Assembly (NCBI RefSeq): GCF_000284455.1
Contig: NC_017039.1
Coordinates: 900,001-932,000 of the forward strand
Direction of reading: 5' to 3'
Source of the DNA: Synechocystis sp. PCC 6803 substr. PCC-P
Lineage (GTDB): Bacteria > Cyanobacteriota > Cyanobacteriia > Cyanobacteriales > Microcystaceae
Length of the DNA: 32,000 bases
The notes under the pieces are model-generated. The model was not told where the DNA came from. It did not search any database and was given only the letters and a program-made list of their open reading frames with translations. A program made the translations under genes and the position numbers. Below, piece after piece: positions 1 through 8,244 of this stretch; positions within the stretch are counted from its first letter, which is position 1; each line of letters opens with the position of its first letter.

Positions 1-143
1 TTGGAATTTCCAGGGATATAGATTTGGAAAATACAGATAGTTTGGGCATGCAACTTATCTACAGCCTAACTGAACAACTCCAGGGAGAATTGCACTATGA
101 ATATGTCGGTGGCGCTCAATTTGGGTTGGAATTTTCACTTTAG
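1..143 (+). CDS. uirS: Sensor histidine kinase, C-terminal fragment (end of HATPase_c domain); 5' end outside window
   Basis: The frame ending at TAG 141-143 reads ...DSLGMQLIYSLTEQLQGELHYEYVGGAQFGLEFSL*, which is the G2-box-to-C-terminus part of a kinase ATPase core. The symbol rests only on synteny with the REC-AraC and PatA-type regulators downstream (recalled slr1212-slr1214 cassette). Confidence 0.55.
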   Translation, partial: GISRDIDLENTDSLGMQLIYSLTEQLQGELHYEYVGGAQFGLEFSL

Positions 144-191
144 CTAGCTCCATCAAAAATCAACGAAAATCAACATTATTTGACTGCAACC

Positions 192-917
192 ATGGTAACC
201 AAAATACTGATTGTAGAGGATGAAAGGCTAGTGGCCCAACACATTGCCCAATTATTAAAAAGTGATGGCTATGAAATTTGTGTGATCGCCAGTGATGGAG
301 CAACGGCGCTGAAAAAAATTGCTGAGTTTTATCCAGATCTAGTTTTACTAGATATTCGTATTAAAGGAGAGATCGACGGGATAGAGGTGGCGGAACGGAT
401 AAAATCTCTTTACTCCATCCCCATTGTTTATCTCACAGCTTTTTCTGATGGGGAAACCCTGGAGCGGGCCCAGAAAACCAATCCCCAGGGCTATGTGATT
501 AAGCCTTTTCGGCGGGAACAACTATTATCCACCGTGGCGATCGCCATAGCCAATCATCAACAGCAACGAAAACCTGAGGAAGATACCCTCTCCACGTCAA
601 CGGGCCATTATCGCCTGCAACCGACTTTGGACTATATCGAAGAGCATCTCGACCAAGGAATTACCGTTGAATTTCTGGCCGGGGCGATCGGCATGAGCAC
701 AGCCTACTTTTGTCGCTTTTTCCAAAAGGAAATGGGATGTTCCCCCTATCAATTTATTATCCAACAACGGGTTGAGCGGGCCAAAGCCATACTACTGGAA
801 AGAGAATTGTCCATTAGCGAAGTAGCTTTGAGATGCGGCTTCAGTTCCCACAGTCAACTTAACCACCATTTTCGTAATCTCTTGGGCATTACCCCGAAAG
901 AATATCGTAGTCGCTAG
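192..917 (+). CDS. uirR: Two-component response regulator, REC + AraC/XylS-type HTH output (UirR-like)
   Basis: The ORF track gives 180..917, but 180 is TTG. The in-frame ATG at 192 gives MVTKILIVEDE, a canonical receiver N-terminus. REC motifs are present (ED pocket, LLDI phospho-Asp, YLTAF, KPF). The C-terminal double HTH is of AraC type (STAYFCRFFQKEMGCSPYQF ... SQLNHHFRNLLGITPKEYR). Confidence 0.85.
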   Translation: MVTKILIVEDERLVAQHIAQLLKSDGYEICVIASDGATALKKIAEFYPDLVLLDIRIKGEIDGIEVAERIKSLYSIPIVYLTAFSDGETLERAQKTNPQGYVIKPFRREQLLSTVAIAIANHQQQRKPEEDTLSTSTGHYRLQPTLDYIEEHLDQGITVEFLAGAIGMSTAYFCRFFQKEMGCSPYQFIIQQRVERAKAILLERELSISEVALRCGFSSHSQLNHHFRNLLGITPKEYRSR

Positions 918-948
918 CAGTTTCCAAGCAAGATCCGGGCGAAAAAAT

Positions 949-989
949 AAAATCGATGTCAAAAATCAACTAGTTTGTCAAAAATCGAC
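949..989 (+). promoter_or_regulatory. Cluster of AAAATCRAY direct repeats (candidate operator for the adjacent AraC-type regulator)
   Basis: AAAATCGAT lies at 949-957, AAAATCAAC at 962-970 and AAAATCGAC at 981-989. GTCAAAAATCRAC is repeated at 958-970 and 977-989 in a 19-nt register. The 12-mer TCAAAAATCAAC also occurs at 153-164. A TAGGAT -10-like hexamer sits at 1014-1019. Confidence 0.4.
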
Positions 990-1451
990 CAGGACAGGGT
1001 TGGGAATTTTTCCTAGGATGGGACTGTGCTGGTGAGCGACGGGCTGCGAATGCCATTGGCTCAAATCCCAACCTTGCCAAGGATTAGACCTACTCCTACC
1101 CGCTTATTTTTAGGCAAGTTCTTGCAGGTTTGAATCCTAACCGACATTTTTGCTTCTAGGCCTTGGATAGCGAGAGTTACCCTTGGCCACCAAACCTTGG
1201 CTAAGTCGATGCCTTTTGGTACCCCAACTAGCAGCAAACACCAGTCATCTTCCTTGAATCCTTCTCTGGTCAGTCCTACGGGTCACTGTTTGGAGCAATG
1301 CCTGGGGCATTGAGCATTTCCTCCCATGTCAATCACAACTGACAGTTAAAACAAGGGAATTACTCGGCCCTAGGTCTCCTTATCCCACTGACAACAGCAT
1401 TAACCGAACACTGTTAAAGTTTATCTTTCCAAACATGCAAAGGAGTTTCCC

Positions 1452-2570
1452 ATGACTGCTGTGATCACCCGCCAAATTCCTGGCCAATTCCTGCAAACCT
1501 TAATTAAGGAAAAAGCTACCGGGAGACTAACGGTATCCAATCCCCTCGATGAGTTGGTCACCTGGCAGGTCTATCTTGGCAAAGGGAAAATCAATTTTGC
1601 CAACAGTGGTGTAGGGGGAATGCAAAGAGTCAGATATCTCCTGGGTAATTACCTGAACGAAAATAAAATTAGCCTGCCTTCCCAAATCTCAGATGACTAT
1701 AAATATATCTGTGATCTTTGGAAACAAGAACTGATTTCTTTTCAGCAAACTCGCTCAATTTTAACCCAGTTTACCCAGGAAGCATTGGTGCACTTTTTGT
1801 CTATTCCTATGACCCAATGTCACTTTGAGCAAGAAGATAGCATTAAAGACCTATTTCTGAATTTAGAATTAGCTAAAACCACCCAATCGGTGGAACATAA
1901 AATTAGATATTGGGGAGAGTTATATCCCCAGATCAATTCACCTTTCCAGCGTCCCTTGGTGGAGGATTGGCAGGAAGTGAAAACGATGCTGAATTTGAGC
2001 TATCGCCGCAGTGAACAGTGGTGTGAGCATTTATTGGAAGGCTTGGGAAACTTGTCTTGTTTGTATGAGCTGGCCCGAAAAACTAACAGCAGTGTTTTAG
2101 AGTTGGCTTTGTTATTTTATCCACGGGTTAAATCGGGAGAAATCAAAATGTTGCCCTATCAAGAAATTTCAGTTGACGATGCCAACTTCCCCGTGGTGAT
2201 TTCCGTCAACAATCGTCCTTCTGTACAGAAAATTGTGCGAGAAATTTTAGGTCAGCGGGGTTTTAAAGTGGTTTGCATTGACGATCCCTGCCACGCTTTG
2301 GCGGCCGCCATCAGCCATAATCCCCAATTGATTCTAATTGACGCTGAGATGCCGGAGATCAGTGGTTATGAGCTTTGCCGTTTGTTGCGAAAATCTTCTG
2401 CTGTGAGGGAAACTCCCATTATTTTACTCAACCAAAATGACGGGGTAATGGAGCAAATTCAAGGGCGGTTAGCGAAAGCCTCCGGACAGATCAATAAACA
2501 GTTTTTATCCCAGGAATTACTGCAAGTCAGAAAAAACTATTTAGATTCTGTCCCTGTTCTTTGTCCCTAG
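1452..2570 (+). CDS. lsiR: PatA-type response regulator (N-terminal PATAN domain + C-terminal receiver), LsiR-like
   Basis: ATG at 1452 is preceded by AAGGAG (1440-1445). The ~240-aa N-terminal region is typical of PatA-subfamily regulators (TGRLTV...WQVYLGKGKINFA). The C-terminal REC has LILIDAEMPEISGYELCRLLR. It sits downstream of the kinase/REC-AraC pair. Confidence 0.85.
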   Translation: MTAVITRQIPGQFLQTLIKEKATGRLTVSNPLDELVTWQVYLGKGKINFANSGVGGMQRVRYLLGNYLNENKISLPSQISDDYKYICDLWKQELISFQQTRSILTQFTQEALVHFLSIPMTQCHFEQEDSIKDLFLNLELAKTTQSVEHKIRYWGELYPQINSPFQRPLVEDWQEVKTMLNLSYRRSEQWCEHLLEGLGNLSCLYELARKTNSSVLELALLFYPRVKSGEIKMLPYQEISVDDANFPVVISVNNRPSVQKIVREILGQRGFKVVCIDDPCHALAAAISHNPQLILIDAEMPEISGYELCRLLRKSSAVRETPIILLNQNDGVMEQIQGRLAKASGQINKQFLSQELLQVRKNYLDSVPVLCP

Positions 2571-2641
2571 AGGGAACTTTGTAATCTGTGGTAGATTTTA
2601 TTGTGATTGAGTGATTCCAAATTTGTCTGGGGCCTGTTGCT

Positions 2642-3310
2642 GTGGTCTTAAACCGTTTAGCGTTGGCTTGCCTGTGGTTGGCATTGGTAATTTTTGCCTT
2701 TGGTTTTGCTCCCCCCAGCAATCCCCAAACTTTAGTTTTGATAAAATCCCTTTCCCTGGGGCAGTGGCAGGACATTAACCCGGTGATTATTGCCCTGTTT
2801 AATCTGATGGGTATTTGGCCCATGACCTATGCCGCTATGCTATTAGGCGATCGCCAAGGAAGAAAATTTCCTGCTTGGCCCTTTGTGGCGGGGTCGTTCT
2901 TTTTGGGAGCCTTTGCCCTACTGCCCTATTTGGTTTTCTGGCCACCGACGGCACCAACTGATCCCGCACCATCGAACTTGGGATCATCAAAACTGACTAA
3001 ATTCTGGCGCTCTCCCTGGTTAGGGCGAGTTTTATTCCTGTTGGCGATCGCCTGTGTATCCGGTGCTGTGTTTAGGGGGGATTGGGCTGATTATGGACAA
3101 CAATTGCAAACAAACCAATTCATCGCCGTGATGAGCAGTGATTTTCTCTGCTTGACCCTGGCTTTTCCGCTGGTATTAGCCCAGGAATTGAAGCATCAAA
3201 AAGCTTCTCCCTCTTTGCTTCTCGTTTTGGGCAGTACAGTTCCGCTATTTGGCGCTTTAGCTTATTTAAGTATCCGTCCCAATTTTGTAGTCAAAGACCA
3301 AATATCCTAA
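2642..3310 (+). CDS. Hypothetical integral membrane protein (about 6 predicted TM helices)
   Basis: A 222-aa ORF with a GTG start and repeated hydrophobic stretches (LALACLWLALVIFAFGF, VIIALFNLMGIWPMTYAAMLL, FVAGSFFLGAFALLPYLVF, VLFLLAIACVSGAVF, LCLTLAFPLVLA, LLLVLGSTVPLFGALAYL). Codon usage resembles neighbouring genes. I recognise no family. Confidence 0.6.
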   Translation: MVLNRLALACLWLALVIFAFGFAPPSNPQTLVLIKSLSLGQWQDINPVIIALFNLMGIWPMTYAAMLLGDRQGRKFPAWPFVAGSFFLGAFALLPYLVFWPPTAPTDPAPSNLGSSKLTKFWRSPWLGRVLFLLAIACVSGAVFRGDWADYGQQLQTNQFIAVMSSDFLCLTLAFPLVLAQELKHQKASPSLLLVLGSTVPLFGALAYLSIRPNFVVKDQIS

Positions 3311-3402
3311 GACCTTGTTCATTGCCTCTGGTCGAGCATTTTGGGAGAAAAAACGCTAAACCTACCGGATTTAGTGAATATTTGTAGGTATTAAAACGGG
3401 CT

Positions 3403-3861
3403 TTAACTATCAGCCTGACCGTTGAGATAATCCACCAAAGCCCTCAATCCCAAACGATAACTATTCAACCCAAAGCCACAAATTTGTCCGATCGCCACTG
3501 GGGCAATGTGGGAAATATGCCGAAATGATTCCCGCTTATGGATATTACTTAAATGCACTTCCACACAGGGTAGTTGCACAGCTGCTAAAGCATCTCGCAG
3601 GGCAATACTAGTGTGAGTATAGGCCGCCGCATTAAAAACAATGCCGTGGTAATTTCCTAGGGCTCCATGGATGGCGGTGACCAATTGCCCTTCACTATTG
3701 GATTGGAAAGTACTCACCTCTGCCTCTAAATCGACGCCATCTTCCCGCAGGCAGGCGTCAATTTCCCCTAGGGTTAGGGATCCATAAATACCCGGTTCCC
3801 GCTGGCCCAGCAAATTCAAATTGGGACCGTGGAGCACCAATACTTTCCACACCGTTGTCAT
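3403..3861 (-). CDS. aroQ: 3-dehydroquinate dehydratase, type II
   Basis: The 152-aa product has type II DHQase hallmarks: [21 protein letters not shown], ...[16 protein letters not shown]..., ...[14 protein letters not shown]. Confidence 0.95.
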   Translation of the reverse strand: MTTVWKVLVLHGPNLNLLGQREPGIYGSLTLGEIDACLREDGVDLEAEVSTFQSNSEGQLVTAIHGALGNYHGIVFNAAAYTHTSIALRDALAAVQLPCVEVHLSNIHKRESFRHISHIAPVAIGQICGFGLNSYRLGLRALVDYLNGQADS

Positions 3862-3881
3862 ACTAAACCAAACAGCCCTGA

Positions 3882-4019
3882 TTAACGACGGGAACGGCGA
3901 TCGTTAACGGGAATGGGAATTAGTTCTGGCTCCGGTTCCCCCTGGGGGCCGAGCAAACCCTCAATCAGCTTCTGGGCCAGTTCTCTGAGTTTATCGAGCA
4001 GTTTTTCTAAATAGTCCAT
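3882..4019 (-). CDS. Candidate 45-aa small protein (amphipathic Leu-rich helix + Pro/Glu-rich tail), below ORF-track cutoff
   Basis: Starts at ATG (complement of 4017-4019) and ends at TAA (complement of 3882-3884). The translation is [50 protein letters not shown] lies about 13 nt upstream. It ends 20 nt before the aroQ start on the same strand. Codon choice resembles neighbours. Confidence 0.35.
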   Translation of the reverse strand: MDYLEKLLDKLRELAQKLIEGLLGPQGEPEPELIPIPVNDRRSRR

Positions 4020-4369
4020 TACCAAGGACGACTCCTGTGATGATGTCTAACCGAACCCGGACGGAATAACTAAAACTGAATCTGTTCAATAAAGTCACAG
4101 TCTAACGTGATAGCCACAACCGTTGGGACAAACCCCCCGGCAGTGATTCCAGTTCAAACCTTATTCGGCCAAGGCTCAGAATGTATGAGGGGGCTAGGGA
4201 AATTTATTTTTAGCCCATGGGAACAGCCTAACACAATTTTTTCGGACAGAGATCCACCGATTTTGGGCCAATCCCAACGATAAAGCACCGATTTTTCCCT
4301 TCTGGAAGTGGTTGGAACAGCATAGGGATACCGTATATTGGGGGGTGTCGTTTCGCCCCGGAGGTTGCC

Positions 4370-5761
4370 ATGACAGAGGTCACTACGACTGTTCGACTAA
4401 ATCCCGACCGAGAGGAGCTACAAAAATTAGTGCGGGCCCAGATTGAAACTCTGCTAGAAACCTCCCAATTCGATGCCGCTAAAACCATTCTCACCCCTGT
4501 GCAACCGGCGGATATTGCTGATGTGATCGAGTCTCTGCCCAGTCGTTTACAGGTGCTAGCCTTTCGTTTACTTTCCAAAAATGAGGCGATCGATGTTTAT
4601 GAGCATTTAGCTCCACCAGTGCAGGAATCCCTGCTAGAAGATTTTAAGCATCCTGAAGTACTGGAAATTTTTAACCAAATGTCCCCCGATGACCGGGTCA
4701 GGCTATTGGACGAACTTCCGGCCAAGGTGGTGCGGCAACTATTCAAACACCTCAGCAACGAAGAACGCAAAGCTACTTCCCTACTGTTGGGCTATAAACC
4801 GGAAACCGCTGGCCGGATTATGACCACGGAATATGTTTCCCTCAAGGAAGATTACACCGCCAGCCAAGCCCTAGACCACATCCGCCACATTGCCACCAGC
4901 TTTGAAACTATTTACGTCCTCTACGTTACCAACGAATCCCGACGCCTAACGGGAACTCTTTCCCTGCGTAATTTGGTTATGGCCAAGCCGGAGGAATATA
5001 TCGGACAAATTATGGTGCCTGATGTGGTATCCGTCCACACCAACACAGACCAGGAAGAAGTGGCCCGCACCATTCAGCACTACGATTTTTTGGCGGTGCC
5101 CGTGGTGGATTCAGAACAAAGATTGGTGGGCATTGTCACTGTGGACGATGTGATCGACATTTTGGAGGAAGAAGCCACGGAAGATATTTATACCGCTGGA
5201 GGAGTGCAGTCCCAAGGAGATGACTATTTCAAAAGTAGTTTGATGACAGTGGCCCGTAAGCGGGTGGTGTGGTTATTTATTCTTTTAGTCACCAATACCC
5301 TCACCAGTCAGGTGATTCACTCCCAGGAAGATGTGCTACAAAAAACCATTGCTTTGGCTGCCTTCATACCTTTGTTAATCGATGCGGGGGGCAATGTGGG
5401 GGCCCAGTCTTCCACTGTGGTGATCCGGGGTTTGAATACGGAGGATGTGCGGCTCACCCAAGTGTTACCGGTCATTGCTAGGGAAGGGGGAGCCGGAGCT
5501 TTATTGGGTTTAATGCTGGGCATTGTGGTGACGGTGTGGGCCTATTTTCTCCAAGGAGATTGGCTGGTGGCCATCACGGTGGGTAGTAGCCTGTTCATTA
5601 TTTCCCTGTTGGCGGCTTTTGCTGGAGGGGGTTTACCGTTTTTGTTTAAGTCGATGAAGTTGGACCCAGCTTTGATGTCGGCCCCTTTTATCACCACGGC
5701 GGTGGATGTGTTGGGGGTGGCCATTTATTTGCTCATTGCCCGCTCTTTATTGGGAATTTGA
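4370..5761 (+). CDS. mgtE: Magnesium transporter MgtE
   Basis: The 463-aa product has the MgtE N-domain, a tandem CBS pair (...LAVPVVDSEQRLVGIVTVDDVIDILEEEATEDI) and a C-terminal 5-TM MgtE domain (IPLLIDAGGNVGAQSSTVVIRGL ... APFITTAVDVLGVAIYL). Confidence 0.95.
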   Translation: MTEVTTTVRLNPDREELQKLVRAQIETLLETSQFDAAKTILTPVQPADIADVIESLPSRLQVLAFRLLSKNEAIDVYEHLAPPVQESLLEDFKHPEVLEIFNQMSPDDRVRLLDELPAKVVRQLFKHLSNEERKATSLLLGYKPETAGRIMTTEYVSLKEDYTASQALDHIRHIATSFETIYVLYVTNESRRLTGTLSLRNLVMAKPEEYIGQIMVPDVVSVHTNTDQEEVARTIQHYDFLAVPVVDSEQRLVGIVTVDDVIDILEEEATEDIYTAGGVQSQGDDYFKSSLMTVARKRVVWLFILLVTNTLTSQVIHSQEDVLQKTIALAAFIPLLIDAGGNVGAQSSTVVIRGLNTEDVRLTQVLPVIAREGGAGALLGLMLGIVVTVWAYFLQGDWLVAITVGSSLFIISLLAAFAGGGLPFLFKSMKLDPALMSAPFITTAVDVLGVAIYLLIARSLLGI

Positions 5762-5829
5762 TGGGGGCTTTGGCTCCACAACCTGGGACAAGGGACGTTG
5801 AAAGCCTTTTACTATTTTCCTACTACTTT

Positions 5830-7017
5830 CTACCACTCCACCGTTTGTCTTTCCTCCACCACCCTTTCGTAAATAGCGGCGGTTTCTTTTGCCAACTTAG
5901 ACCAATTAAAGCGGATGCCCAAATCTTTGTAGGCTGCTTCCACCAGCTGTTTGGCCAGGGATGGATTAGAAAGAATTTCCAAAATGCCGTGGGCTAGGGA
6001 ATCGGGATTATTGGTTTGGGTGACAATGCCTGTGCTATGGTGACGTACCACCTCCGCTAGTCCACCAGTATTAGATACTACTACGGGTACCCGGGCAGCA
6101 AAACTTTCCAGGGCGACAATGCCAAAGGGTTCGTACAAACTGGGAAAAACGGCACAGTCGGCAATGGTTTGGAATTTGTCTAAATCTTCGTCGGACATGA
6201 AGCCGGTGAAAAAACAGTGTTCCCAAATTCCCAGGTTCCATGCTAATTGCTTCAGGCGATCAGTGTTGCCTCCGCCAATAATGACAAATTTCACTTGATC
6301 ATTGAGGGCTTCCAGTACCTGGGGGGCAGCGGTTAACAGAACGGAAATTCCTTTTTCATAGGTCATGCGACCAACGTAGTAAACGATTTTTTCTCCATCT
6401 TCGGCAAATTTGCGGCGAAAATTACGGTAATCAAAGTCTGGACGACGGTGCTTTTTTTCCGGACGAATGCCGTTATAGATAACGTCAATTTTGTCCCAGG
6501 GGGTGCCAAAGGCTCTTTCCAGTTCATGGCGCATGTAGTTGCTGCAAACAATTACCCGCCAACCGTTGTAGATTAAAATTCCTTCTTTGCCGGCAATGTA
6601 GCGTTGAGTATCGTTGTAAAGACCGTTATAGCGGCCGTATTCCGTGGCGTGGATAGTCACCACCAGGGGAATTTTACCGTGGTGCTTAAGGTTAATGGCC
6701 ACATCTCCCACCAGCCAATCGTGGGCGTGGATAACATCAAATTTTTTCTGTTCCTGGAATAGGGCTTGCCCTCTCTGTTCCATGGCACGGTTCATGTTAT
6801 CTACCCATTGGAAAAAGTCATTGCTGGGGGGCACTGGCACTCGGTAAATGTGGATGCCATCGACCATTTCCTGGGACGGACTTTCCTCTGTGGCCACGGT
6901 AATTAAATGGATCTCATAGCCCTGTTGAACTAATTCTGGGTAGAGTTCTGCCACATGGCGAGCAATGCCGCCGACAATGCGGGGGGGAAATTCCCAAGCT
7001 AGCACCAAGATTTTCAT
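5830..7017 (-). CDS. Glycosyltransferase family 4 (GT-B fold, retaining hexosyltransferase)
   Basis: The ORF track gives 5830..7044. An internal ATG at 7017 gives MKILVLAWEFPPRIVGGIARHV, the usual GT4 N-terminus. The C-terminal EX7E-type donor-binding region is present (PSLYEPFGIVALESFAARVPVVVSNTGGLAEVV). The longest-ORF start at 7044 cannot be excluded. Confidence 0.85.
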   Translation of the reverse strand: MKILVLAWEFPPRIVGGIARHVAELYPELVQQGYEIHLITVATEESPSQEMVDGIHIYRVPVPPSNDFFQWVDNMNRAMEQRGQALFQEQKKFDVIHAHDWLVGDVAINLKHHGKIPLVVTIHATEYGRYNGLYNDTQRYIAGKEGILIYNGWRVIVCSNYMRHELERAFGTPWDKIDVIYNGIRPEKKHRRPDFDYRNFRRKFAEDGEKIVYYVGRMTYEKGISVLLTAAPQVLEALNDQVKFVIIGGGNTDRLKQLAWNLGIWEHCFFTGFMSDEDLDKFQTIADCAVFPSLYEPFGIVALESFAARVPVVVSNTGGLAEVVRHHSTGIVTQTNNPDSLAHGILEILSNPSLAKQLVEAAYKDLGIRFNWSKLAKETAAIYERVVEERQTVEW

Positions 7018-7304
7018 GGCTGTGACCAATTTTTGTGAGTGCATGGAGGGAAAGTCGGGGCTATTGGTGTCGTGGGCACTCTAAAACATTATGCGCAATC
7101 GTGGCGTGGCCACACGGCCAAATTCGTTTCGGAGGTTAGTTAATTTTGCTGGAGTTCTGGCTTTCGAGTTGCAGTCAATTGCCAATGTTTGCCCAACTGA
7201 GGGAATGAAGAACCGGCTAAAGATTGGTGCTAAATGTCCGGAGACTCCACCCAAACAGTAAACTTGCCATAGGAACTTTTTCAATCTGTGTCAGGGAGGC
7301 GAGT

Positions 7305-8081
7305 GTGGACGATACTTACCAAGGCTATATCAATCGGGTGGCGCCCCAAACCTTGGCGATCGCCTACGAGCAACAATTGATTAATGCTCAAGGTTCTCCC
7401 AAGTTTGACCAAGGACAGCCGGTGCCTTTTCCCGGTTTCAGTGTGGTAACTCCTATTGCCGCTGATGATCCCACTAACCAGAGCTTTTATGGCCATCTGA
7501 CTACTGTACAGGGCCAGGTGGGAGAAATTTTGGGGGAGAGTTTTGTGGCGGTGCCCCCGGAAAGCTTGCACCTCACCGTAGCAGACTTGATTTGGGATGG
7601 CCCCTACCAGGCCCTACGTCGTCATAATCCTGACTTTGAAAAACAACTTTGTAACTGTTTGCAACATTCCTTTGCGGATCACCAACATCAGTCGGGGCCA
7701 TACTCCGGCTGCCAATGGCAGGTCCTGGGATTGTTGGTTTTACCCCGTTCCTTGGGGGTGGTTTTGGTGCCCCAACGGGAAGCGGATTATGAACCGATAC
7801 TTAAGGTACGACGGGCCATTTTCCAAAATCCCACCCTGATTGGTTTAGGCATTGAGCAACAGTACCGTTACACGGCCCACATCACCCTTGGTTACTTCGA
7901 CCCGGCGATCGAGAAGTTGGCAGATTCGATCGGAGTTAGTGAACAGTTGGCTGCTGTCAATGACCGCTGGATTGGCCATGACCCAGAGATTTTAGATATT
8001 CATAGCATTGAGCTGCGCTATTTCAGCGATATGACCCAATTTACTCGCCAGGACTACTATCCCGTTTTGAGGGCTAGCTAG
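7305..8081 (+). CDS. Hypothetical protein with two H-x-T-x motifs (2H phosphoesterase / LigT-like superfamily candidate)
   Basis: The ORF track gives 7224..8081 with a TTG start. GTG at 7305 is preceded by GGAGG (7295-7299) and is the better start. HLTV lies at 7569-7580 and HITL at 7878-7889, both in hydrophobic contexts as in 2H-fold enzymes. Confidence 0.6.
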   Translation: MDDTYQGYINRVAPQTLAIAYEQQLINAQGSPKFDQGQPVPFPGFSVVTPIAADDPTNQSFYGHLTTVQGQVGEILGESFVAVPPESLHLTVADLIWDGPYQALRRHNPDFEKQLCNCLQHSFADHQHQSGPYSGCQWQVLGLLVLPRSLGVVLVPQREADYEPILKVRRAIFQNPTLIGLGIEQQYRYTAHITLGYFDPAIEKLADSIGVSEQLAAVNDRWIGHDPEILDIHSIELRYFSDMTQFTRQDYYPVLRAS

Positions 8082-8244
8082 GCCCATTGCCGCCAGGGGA
8101 TTCTCTCATTAATACACAAATTTTTGTCCGTAAACATTACAGTGTACAGGGCCAATTTCTGGCTTGTGCATAGGTTACGGCTGGAATTTTTGGGTTTAGA
8201 TGGGAAAAGAGATATTTTGTTAATCTGCGGAAGTATTTACCAAG

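Noticed and set aside
4020-4369. Possible Mg2+-sensing leader (M-box-type riboswitch or proline-rich leader peptide) in the 350-nt region upstream of mgtE
   Set aside because: I could not find the conserved M-box core elements or a convincing terminator or anti-terminator pair by eye. Only trivial uORFs (9-10 codons, not Pro-rich) are present. A covariance-model scan would be needed, so I make no claim.
4228-4578. 116-aa minus-strand ORF overlapping the mgtE start
   Set aside because: It overlaps the well-supported mgtE N-terminus in antisense. The product is Ser/Arg/Cys-rich with no motif and no RBS.
5269-5724. Small ORFs nested within mgtE on both strands (5269..5481, 5317..5523, 5542..5724)
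   Set aside because: They sit inside the conserved MgtE transmembrane domain coding region and are frame shadows.
7081-7284. 67-aa minus-strand ORF in the divergent region between the glycosyltransferase and the 2H-like gene
   Set aside because: It has no RBS, overlaps the probable promoter and 5' region of the plus-strand gene, and shows no motif. It is likely spurious.
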